From Alloascoidea hylecoeti (lineage: Eukaryota): a stretch of 64,000 nucleotides of DNA. The position numbers and the translations under genes were made by a program. Shown one piece after another: positions 1 to 8,993 of the stretch. Location: positions 496,001-560,000 of the forward strand of contig BCKZ01000015.1 of the NCBI GenBank assembly GCA_001600815.1. The letters run 5' to 3'. The first letter of the stretch is position 1; each line of letters begins with the position of its first letter. Under the pieces are notes generated by a model, which saw nothing but the letters and a program-made list of their open reading frames with translations, was not told the DNA's origin and ran no database searches.

Positions 1-783
1 CATGTTACTTGTCCTGATAAATTAAGTGATGATGATGACGATGATGATGATGAAGATGAAGATTATGTTAATTATGATGGTTGTGGTAAAAGATATGTTA
101 CTAAAAATGGGATTTTTTCAAAACCATTAAAAGTATTTTTACAAGAATTAGAAACAAGTGAAAAGCATTGGAAATTATTAAAAAGAAGTTTTGGTTTAAA
201 CTCAAAAAATTGTAATACAAATATACCTTTTGGATTAAAAATATTTATTGAATTACAAAAACAAAAATTAAAATCAAATGTTAAAATTGAAAAATCATTA
301 CAATTAAATATAATTAATAATTTTTTATCTTCACAATTATCTCAAAATATGAATCAACATGAAGAAATTGAACCTTGGAAACCTGTAATTGTACAAGAAT
401 CAAAACATTGTAAAATATATGAATCATTAAATTTTCAATGGTGGTTATTTGATGATTGTTTAATAACATTAGCACTTTTACCTGATGAAAAATTTAAAAA
501 TGTTGATACAGATATGGTAATGTCTGATGTTGATTCAGATACATCAATAATTAATAATTCTCAAGAAACATCAACTTCTTCAAATACTTTAAATCCTACA
601 CGTGAATCATATCGAAGAAATGGTTGTGTTTGTCTTTATAATTTTGTTACTGGGAAAAAGAAATATTATGATATGGGATTAATTAGTTTGGAAAAAGAAA
701 ATAAGAAATGTTTACTCATTGATGATGATTTTTATGGTTTGGTTTTACATGATGATCATGTTGAAAAACTACAACATGATTAA
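1..783 (+). CDS. 3' part of an unidentified protein gene (starts upstream of window)
   Basis: Frame 1 is open from base 1 to TAA at 781-783 (HVTCPDKLSDDDDDDDDEDED...EKLQHD), with an acidic GAT run. No family recognised. Confidence 0.75.
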   Translation, partial: HVTCPDKLSDDDDDDDDEDEDYVNYDGCGKRYVTKNGIFSKPLKVFLQELETSEKHWKLLKRSFGLNSKNCNTNIPFGLKIFIELQKQKLKSNVKIEKSLQLNIINNFLSSQLSQNMNQHEEIEPWKPVIVQESKHCKIYESLNFQWWLFDDCLITLALLPDEKFKNVDTDMVMSDVDSDTSIINNSQETSTSSNTLNPTRESYRRNGCVCLYNFVTGKKKYYDMGLISLEKENKKCLLIDDDFYGLVLHDDHVEKLQHD

Positions 784-1009
784 TCAATATAACACTCATA
801 TATGTTTCTTTTTATATATACACATTCTCTTTTTTTCTTTTTATGATTTTCTATTGTTTGATAACTCATTTATTCTTGTGTTTACTGTGTCTTTTTACTT
901 CATTTGTTTTATACTTTTTTATATTATTAGCTAGTTTTGCTTTGAAATGATGATTATGATGGATATCATATATCTATATAAATGTAATATATTATCATAT
1001 CTATATTTA

Positions 1010-1810
1010 CCGCATTGCTTAATAAAGGGTCGAAGTATCCACATAGTTATAGTAATCATAACATTGGGCCAGTGGAATATGAAGCCTAATCGAGATTAAT
1101 GTTTTGAATAGTAGGTCCAGGAGTAAAATCTTAATTGATTTGTCCAAGTTAGCTATGGGTTGGTCTGTTCGACTAGGTGGGATATTAATAACATTGAATT
1201 ATGTCAGGTATTTGGTTTTCTATTAAACACAGCAAATGTTTGCATTTATACAAGAATTATTCCTACTTGTAATAGACAGATAGGATCTGGGGCTAATGCT
1301 TGTAAAAATACTATTAAACTTTTAATGTGCAAATTTCGGGGATCATTAATTACACGTGACCTGGGGGGGAAAAAAGCGCGGTGCATGTTGTGAAGGTCCC
1401 TCTTTTAATTTACGAGATGCATATACTCTTATATGACATTTTACTTGTAATCACAATAAGAATGAATCGGAAGGCTTGTAATTGGATCCTTATTTAATTC
1501 ATGTTGATCCATCGTGGTAACTTTAAATGTGCAGGGAGACTTAATAAATTTTATAATGGAAAAGCATGAATCGAAAAGGGATGCTGATCACAGATCTCCC
1601 ATAAGTATGACTACAAATTGTTTTATTTCTGGTGGAGATAAGGTTAATATTGGTTGTAACACAATTATTTGCATATGATCGTATTTCGAATTCGAGGACC
1701 AATGCCATGAACCTCGCGGAAATACTATGGCTGTCATAATTAATCGATTATAAGGTTCACAGACTTGCGAGTAATTATGAACATGAAAGATGCCGTATAT
1801 GCACAATTTT
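1010..1810 (+). ncRNA. Candidate structured non-coding RNA (identity unknown)
   Basis: 1.5-kb gap between convergent genes with no credible ORF. TATATAAA lies at ~976, and many hairpins have G-U pairs that favour the + strand. Boundaries are approximate; see findings. Confidence 0.35.
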
Positions 1811-2322
1811 ATAAAAATATGTTTATGGAATTTCCAAGTCTAGGCCAAGTCTATTAAAAGTATGAACGTTGAACAGTCATGACCATTTTATACCTGACAT
1901 TGAAATAAAAATATATAAAACGAAATATGACACAGCGTCTTTGAAGATATTTAAAGCTTTAAGTTGTATTAATTTCCTAATTTGTAAAAATCAGATTTAA
2001 ATATTTTTCCACGTACGCTAAAAATCTTATTTGTTTGCATTATGCAGCTGCACAACAGACAATTTTAACCATCACGAAATCTTTAAAAAAATGGAATGTG
2101 GATTTAATTGCGATATCGATGGAAAATTTGGAAGGATATAAGCAGCCAGTATTTGGGCATAACATACTCATAGCTGTCTACATTTAATTATGGCACTTTA
2201 CAACTAAGCCTATACATCATATATTTCTGTGCTTAAAGCAACAAATATTAAAAACAATTATTAATTAAAATTTTGAACGCGAATGTAATTTACTATCACT
2301 AACTATACTAAAACACAATTTT

Positions 2323-3316
2323 TTATCTCTTGCCAGCTTGAGCGGCATTTTCTTTCAAAGCAACCAATTGTTTGGTTCTGAAAGCTTCATAATGAACTAA
2401 AGCTGTAGTTTCGATCATATCCTGCAGGTGTGTTCTGGTTAAGAAATCTCGTAAATAAACAAATTCACAATGGGCAGGATTTTCAATATCAATCGCGCCC
2501 CAACGTGTCTTTCTGCCACGAGTAACCTTACCATCTAGATTGATCTCAGATTCAGATCCAACAACAGCAAATGGGATGATTCGTCTAATTGTATTATTAG
2601 CATGTTGTTCCTCTTCCGTTTGTTCCTCGTTGTCGTATGGATAAATAGTCAACCCATGGAAAGTTAATTCCTCCTGAATAACCTTTTTAAAAGATGTTCT
2701 TTCATCTAGTGTTAAAGAATCAGATTTTGCTATGATAGGGACAACATTTGCAACCTCTGTTAGTTTCTTTAAAACGGTAATATCTAATTCAGTTAAGCCA
2801 TGACCATTCGGTTGAACGAAAAATAGTACACAATGAACACGAGTATCAGTAATAAAACGATCACGCTGAGCGGTGAGCTCTTTTCGTAGGTAGGAAGAGT
2901 GTTGGTCTTTGATATATTTTACGATTGGTTCCCAACTAGTAAAATGCAGGCGTTAGTACCCATAAACAATGAAAAAAGGCCGTGAATATTACCTACCATC
3001 TATCATTATCAATTTGATCTCCGTAACCAGGAGTGTCAATAATGTTGAGAGTTAACCTGACGTTGTTTTCTGTTAAGGTATGACTGACTGTTTTGATTTC
3101 TGAAGTCTTTTCTACAGGCTCAGAAGCGGATTTTCTACCACTGGAATCCACTAAATGAGAAGAAAAGAGAGTATTAACCAAGGTGGTTTTACCTAAACCA
3201 GAATGACCCACCAACATAAGGTTGAAATGGAAGCCTCTTTTCACGAGACGATGTTCGATTTGGGAAGTGATAGTATCGAAACCAACATAGTTATTCGGTT
3301 GGACCTGGGCGGACAT
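2323..3316 (-). CDS. CDC10: Septin Cdc10, 1 intron (2936-2996)
   Basis: MSAQVQPNNYVGFDTITSQIEHRL, P-loop GHSGLGKTT, DTPGYGD, RGRKTRWG, and no C-terminal coiled coil. The intron GTAGGT..TACTAAC..TAG restores DRCWEPIVKYIK. Confidence 0.95.
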
Positions 3317-3458
3317 TTTGAGATGGCTCCAGAAAGAATGCAAGATTTCAAACTTTATCACTCCTGCATATCCTCCGCTCACGTCCTGTCCATTTATGCA
3401 GAACTCCATTTTTCACTTCAAATCTTCAATTTGCAAATATTCAACTGTTTCCCCCAAA

Positions 3459-4022
3459 ATGAGTGCGATCCCTCTGTCAATCCCTCTTTTGGAACTACCA
3501 TCCCTTGGGCTTAAGCTATCTTCGCTGATACGGGCTTTTCCTGTCCCACTCCTCCCAGGCCTCGTCGAAACTCTTCCTCCCTTCTTCTCGGGAAATGGTC
3601 TTGTCTTAGCTGCCCCAAAGAAAAAGACATCCCATCAGAAAAAGCGTCAACGATTACTAGGACCCGGATCCAAACACGTCCAAAAAAAAACCAATCTTAA
3701 TCGATGCCCATCATGTGGTCATGTTAAGCGTTCTCACACTATTTGCATGAACTGCTTCTTTGAGATCCGAAGACTTTGGAAACGTGCTGATGTTGAAGCA
3801 GAATTAAAACCAAAAAATTCAGAAGAAGCACATATAATGAGTGAGATTGAAAAGTTAGATGAAAAACTTATATTTCCAAAGAAGAAGGAATCTCCCTTAT
3901 GGCAAGAAATTCAGAAAAAAGAGTATTTATCACATAGACCAGTTACGTTACCTTATGAACGTAAATCAAAATTAGGTTCTACTCGTCCTACTCAAATACA
4001 AGAGATTACTGAGAAAAAATAG
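3459..4022 (+). CDS. MRPL32: Mitochondrial ribosomal protein bL32m precursor
   Basis: LAAPKKKTSHQKKRQR and zinc motif CPSCGHVKRSHTICMNC. Start is uncertain (ATG 3459 or 3396). Confidence 0.9.
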   Translation: MSAIPLSIPLLELPSLGLKLSSLIRAFPVPLLPGLVETLPPFFSGNGLVLAAPKKKTSHQKKRQRLLGPGSKHVQKKTNLNRCPSCGHVKRSHTICMNCFFEIRRLWKRADVEAELKPKNSEEAHIMSEIEKLDEKLIFPKKKESPLWQEIQKKEYLSHRPVTLPYERKSKLGSTRPTQIQEITEKK

Positions 4023-4718
4023 CTTTAATATAAGGCTCTCCGTTTATTATGAATATATAAAACACTTAACCTGGAAACTTTAACTAGTATCATTCCATTT
4101 TTTGTCTTGGGAAAATACTAAACTCAAATGTATATAATGACTTAGATGTATATAGTCCATAATGGTTACAATATTAATTATTCAAATTCAGTCGAGGGAG
4201 AGTAGGATTTATAATTATAGCATGATTTTTGGGAAACTTTATCCAATGCAATCTATAACAGTACTGTAGTTTATATAATTAAAAGAAATCGGTTACGGAG
4301 GCGCCTAATGGGATAAGGAAGTAGGATATTTTGAATATATTGCTGATATCATATAGATATCGATACTAGTAGCTACTGCCGGCCTGTTTAATACATATTC
4401 TTATTCTTATTATTATATCAATTTAACCGAATACAATTGCAACTCATGAAAATGAGCAAAATTGACTGAATCTATATAAACGTAAAAGAACTAGAATAAA
4501 TAATTAATTTGATTATCAGTCATTCTTATTCTTTTTCATTATCCTCAAATTGAGCCCGTTGTCTATTGTGTGTTTTAGCAAGCACTCCAGATCCGAGATA
4601 ATTAAAAGCTGAAATGTATGATTTTTTGTGTTGTAACATCGAAACCTTTTTATAATTAAGCTTGAAAATTAAAAAAAAATCAAAAAAAATTTATATTCAC
4701 ACCATATAACTGATAATT

Positions 4719-6650
4719 ATGACTCCAAATATACAAAAAATAAAAAGAATAACCACAACTTATACCACACCTCATCCATTGGGGGTAAAACCTTCAGGAA
4801 ATGCTCTTCTTTCGAGGATGGTGAACAATATTGATTCATTAAACACTCGGCAGTTAACCAAAGAGTTGCAGCTTGGATACTTTGCTATTCTCCCTGATGA
4901 ACTTATCCTCACCATTATAGAATTGTTAAATGATCCAAAGGACTTGAGGAACCTAGGATACTGCTCAAGAGTTTTCTTCGCTTTTACTTGGTCTGATGAA
5001 AATTGGAGAAAATTATATATGAGGTCGCAGTTACCACCATCATCCACAACAATAGATCATATTCAAAACAAAAGTGATCATCTTCATATTACTCCCCTGT
5101 TGATAAAAAAATGGCAAGGAACCTGGCGACGTTCTGTACTTCACATATCTTCAGAACACGAATTTCTGCCGCATCTTCCATCTAATTTACTTTGTTCAGA
5201 TGCTCTATACAGACCATACCAATGTTCACAGATAAATTATAAAGGTTTTTTAATAAAAGATGTTGAAGAATTGGGAAAGGAAGGTGATAGCATTATCAAG
5301 AGAGTAGAAGAATCAGAAATGACAAAGGAAAATTTTCAATATTGGTATAACAAACCTTTTATTCTAACAAATAGAAAAACAAGTTCTTCTGAAAATCATA
5401 CCACTAATAATAAACACATTACAACTTCTAACTTAAAACTACATGTAAATGAGAACGAAAAGGTATTCAAAAGGTGGCCTTCCTGGACAATTGACTCCCT
5501 AAAAGCTCGTTTTCCTACCACCAAGTTCAGACAAGAATCAGTTGATTGGCCATTAGAACTATATTCATCTTATCTTGAAAATAACCATGACGAATCACCC
5601 CTTTATTTATTTGATTGTGGAAGTCAAGCTCATAAAGAGTTAGCCAAGGAATATGAAGTCCCTGAAGTATTTAAACAGGACTTATTTACTACATTATCTA
5701 ATAACCAAGAAAATGAGTATGAAATTGGTAATGATTTTGATATAAGCTGTCGCCCTAATCACCGGTGGATTATTATCGGACCCGAAAGAAGTGGTTCGAC
5801 GTTTCATAAAGATCCAAATTCAACCTCTGCTTGGAATGCGGCTATTCAAGGCCGAAAATTTTGGATTATGTTTCCACCTTCACAAAAGCCACCAGGTGTT
5901 TCAACTGATGAATCTGAAAGTGAAGTCACATCGCCTCTAAGTATTGCTGAATGGGTTTTGGCTGGATTTTACGATGAAGTTAAAGATATTATAAAAGATC
6001 AAAATCACCCATCTTACTCCAACTCAACTCATTACGAAGAAAAATGTTTGATTGGAATATGTGAAGTTGGTGAGACGGTATATGTTCCAGCAGGTTGGTG
6101 GCACTCCGTAATCAATCTTGATGATTCTATTGCAATTACGGAGAATTTTATACCCGTGCAAAACTTAGGTCTTGTGTTGGATTTTTTAAAAAGTAAAAGC
6201 AATCAAATCTCCGGGTTTTCTGGTATAAAAGTTGGTGATTCTATTAAAAAATTAATTGAAAATTACAGCCCTGTTACTAATGGCACTGGTAAAGAGATGA
6301 TTGATAAAATGAAAATTATGCTCAACTCTTGGATAGAAAAATCTATTGTTTGTACTGATGATTGCGGTGAAGAAGAGGAATCACCGATAATTCAAGCAAT
6401 ATATCCATTATTTTACACATTATTATTAGAGTCAAAGTATTTTTTCTTATTGCCAGATGCCTTAAAAGTAGTAGAATCTCTAGAATATCAAAGAGCCTTA
6501 ATACTGAAAGAGAAACGTTTAGAAGTGGGTGAACTTCATAGGAGCAAAATGTGGGCTCAAGTGGTTGATATTGCAGAAGAAGAGGAGAAGCTAGGTTTTC
6601 AATTTCAATTTGATTTTGATGAAGATGAATCAGATGACAATATAAGCTAG
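4719..6650 (+). CDS. F-box + JmjC (JMJD6-like) 2-oxoglutarate oxygenase
   Basis: F-box LPDELILTIIELL, and JmjC motifs PLYLFD, RWIIIGPERSGSTFHKDPN (HxD) and VPAGWWHSVINL. Confidence 0.88.
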   Translation: MTPNIQKIKRITTTYTTPHPLGVKPSGNALLSRMVNNIDSLNTRQLTKELQLGYFAILPDELILTIIELLNDPKDLRNLGYCSRVFFAFTWSDENWRKLYMRSQLPPSSTTIDHIQNKSDHLHITPLLIKKWQGTWRRSVLHISSEHEFLPHLPSNLLCSDALYRPYQCSQINYKGFLIKDVEELGKEGDSIIKRVEESEMTKENFQYWYNKPFILTNRKTSSSENHTTNNKHITTSNLKLHVNENEKVFKRWPSWTIDSLKARFPTTKFRQESVDWPLELYSSYLENNHDESPLYLFDCGSQAHKELAKEYEVPEVFKQDLFTTLSNNQENEYEIGNDFDISCRPNHRWIIIGPERSGSTFHKDPNSTSAWNAAIQGRKFWIMFPPSQKPPGVSTDESESEVTSPLSIAEWVLAGFYDEVKDIIKDQNHPSYSNSTHYEEKCLIGICEVGETVYVPAGWWHSVINLDDSIAITENFIPVQNLGLVLDFLKSKSNQISGFSGIKVGDSIKKLIENYSPVTNGTGKEMIDKMKIMLNSWIEKSIVCTDDCGEEEESPIIQAIYPLFYTLLLESKYFFLLPDALKVVESLEYQRALILKEKRLEVGELHRSKMWAQVVDIAEEEEKLGFQFQFDFDEDESDDNIS

Positions 6651-7130
6651 AAATAGTATGTTGCACATATTGAAGGATGTTGTAAAGTTGATTTGCATTA
6701 TGTAATTTAGTCTTTGACCAGGAATTCCAATTGCAAGGCATTTGATTAGGTATTTGTATATAATTGGTTCAAATAATTATATCATGATCATTATCTATAA
6801 ACTCTTCTTAATTGAGTTGAATCATTGAATATTATATATTAAAAATAGGGTAACATTAATTGTGGACCTCTAATTTTACTATGTTAATGAAGAGTAACTC
6901 ACATCTCGCAGAAGAAGTAGTATCAATGACATATGATATAACTTACTAAACAATTTGTACAAAACTAACAAGCTTATTATTATAGCTATATCTTAAAAAA
7001 TTGTATTATAGCTACATTATCATTCTTGCAATTAAAAGCAAAACTATTTCATTAAATACACACCATCCAATTGCAAATAAGTTATATAAGAGAGAAGGCA
7101 AATTACAGCGAAAAAAAGAAGATATGACGA

Positions 7131-8672
7131 TCAAAACAAGGGTTCTTTCTTTGCATCCCGAGCTTTAGATAATGCAATTGCTCTTTCTTTACCATTTCTA
7201 ATCCTTTGGGAAGAAATTGAAAAATCACTAAGTCTTTCTTCAACATCTCCAAATCTATCAGAGCTTCTATGACGCTTTTTCGGACTTGATTGTTTAATTA
7301 ATTCACTGACAAGTGTATTATTCGCTATCTGTGTTTGTAACCCTTCACCAAAGATCCATCTAAAGTATTGAACACGAATCAATTTGGACCATGAATCAAT
7401 ATTCAAAGAACGATTTTTCGTTAATTTTAAATGTGTAATAGATATATCCTCAGTAGTGTCAGAAATAGATTGTCTTCCTTCTCTTGTGGAGTATGATTCA
7501 ACAGTAGTGTAAACATTTCTAAATAATGAATGCCTTTCTCGTTTATCTTTTTTTGAAACCTTTTTACTGGAATCTGTAGATAAATGTCGTAAAGTCGAAA
7601 GTAAGGAATCGTTATTAAGATACGGTAGATCATATTCATTTGAGTCAAATTCTTCATATTCGTCTGCATCATCTGGATTATTTTCAAAATTATCACTATT
7701 ATAGTGAAATATTTCGTAGAAAAGAGCTATTACTTTACCACAAGCGAGTTTAACCTCTTTATTCGTAGTTTCTAAGAGATCAACAACTCGTACTATGTAG
7801 TCTTCGATTAACGTATTTGGAAATTCAAGAAGTGTTACCAATAATCCAGCGCCTAAGATGCTGAATGAAGCAACCAAAGATTCATCGGCGTTACAATGTT
7901 CGGCAGTGTCAATAAGGAAACCTATTTTTTCATCTATTCCATAGGATCCACTTCCATCCAGGTACAAAAACAGTAAGAGTGAATATGCAGCTACAGCATT
8001 TGATCTCACATCGACAGATCGATTTGAAGAATCCGATATTAAGCGCGATAAGCTTGGAATAATTGAGCTCATTAAAATCTCTGAAGTTTCATCAATATTT
8101 AAAGAACCAAGGACAGTTAAACATCTAGCTGATAAAACGATCTCCATATCGCTCTTACCATTTTGTAAACTTCTCTGAATTAGAATAATTAACTCCTCGG
8201 TAACTAAAGTAACATCACATTTATTCGAAAGGATTTTGTAAATTAAGGCAAGACTTGACTCGCGAGAGTCGGTGGATGATCCCTTTAGTGAGAGTGTTTC
8301 GATACAACTATCAAAGGCATTTTTTAAACGAGTGGAGGGTGTAGTGTAACTGTGTTCACCCCTTACTGATTCGTCTTCTGATGAATAAACGCTCTCAGAG
8401 TCGGAATCTCTTGTAGGACTTGTTGCACGACTAAGAATCAATTCATCCAAGTTCAGCTGGTATGAAGTTGAACCAAAGTACTCTGAGTTTGCCTCTTCTT
8501 CGTTGCTTAGCATTGATCTAACTTTAGAAGAGGCCCTTGAATTAGCCTGTGAACCTGAGCGAGAGGTTGGTCTAGAGCGTGATCTACCGGGGGAGGCTGG
8601 ATTAAGGAGGCCAACGAGCGCTGCGTAAGACGCATTTTTCTGGTTAAAAGCTTGACGATGAAGGTTGGACAT
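7131..8672 (-). CDS. IFRD (interferon-related developmental regulator) family protein
   Basis: Ser/Arg-rich N-terminus, armadillo-like core, and motifs KLACGKVIALFYE, DSSKKVSKKDKRERHSLFRNV and IDSWSKLIR. Confidence 0.8.
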   Translation of the reverse strand: MSNLHRQAFNQKNASYAALVGLLNPASPGRSRSRPTSRSGSQANSRASSKVRSMLSNEEEANSEYFGSTSYQLNLDELILSRATSPTRDSDSESVYSSEDESVRGEHSYTTPSTRLKNAFDSCIETLSLKGSSTDSRESSLALIYKILSNKCDVTLVTEELIILIQRSLQNGKSDMEIVLSARCLTVLGSLNIDETSEILMSSIIPSLSRLISDSSNRSVDVRSNAVAAYSLLLFLYLDGSGSYGIDEKIGFLIDTAEHCNADESLVASFSILGAGLLVTLLEFPNTLIEDYIVRVVDLLETTNKEVKLACGKVIALFYEIFHYNSDNFENNPDDADEYEEFDSNEYDLPYLNNDSLLSTLRHLSTDSSKKVSKKDKRERHSLFRNVYTTVESYSTREGRQSISDTTEDISITHLKLTKNRSLNIDSWSKLIRVQYFRWIFGEGLQTQIANNTLVSELIKQSSPKKRHRSSDRFGDVEERLSDFSISSQRIRNGKERAIALSKARDAKKEPLF

Positions 8673-8795
8673 TAATATTTAAATCTGCTTTGTATGAGTC
8701 TAACTTAATATTATTTGTAAAGAGGAGATCCAATATATGCATGCAATATATGACATGTGATCATAAAAAGGATGAATTTAATTTAAAAAAAAAGA

Positions 8796-8891
8796 CGTCA
8801 CGGACAAGATTCGAACTTGCGCAGGCATAGCCCAATGCCTCAACTACCAGATAATAGCAGGGCATCGCCTTAACCACTCGGCCACCGGGAC
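8796..8891 (-). tRNA. tRNA-Ser(GCU) with 14-nt intron
   Basis: Minus strand reads GTCCCGGTGGCCGAGTGGTTAAGGCGATGCCCTGCTA[TTATCTGGTAGTTG]AGGCATTGGGCTATGCCTGCGCAAGTTCGAATCTTGTCCGTGACG. It has a long variable arm and a T9 terminator at 8785-8793. Confidence 0.96.
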
Positions 8892-8993
8892 CAATTACTG
8901 TAAGATGATTAATACTGTGCCCTACATATAAATATTTAATCCATAATTATTCAGACTCCGTTAAAACAACACAACAAGATACATTTTCCTACA

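Noticed and set aside
1148..1161. GTTAGCTATGGGTT as a telomerase template (GGGTTAG-like repeat)
   Set aside because: It has only a 3-nt terminal redundancy and would need a minus-strand RNA, leaving too little room downstream for a pseudoknot and three-way junction.
1284..1400. RNase MRP-like motifs TGGGGCTAA and GAAGGTCCC
   Set aside because: They occur in the wrong order for CR-I/CR-V, and no P3 domain is evident.
1580..1610. Minus-strand ATACTTATGGGAGATCTGTGATCAG resembling the U1 snRNA 5' end
   Set aside because: It lacks the invariant ACTTACCT, and no correctly placed stem-loop II or Sm site follows.
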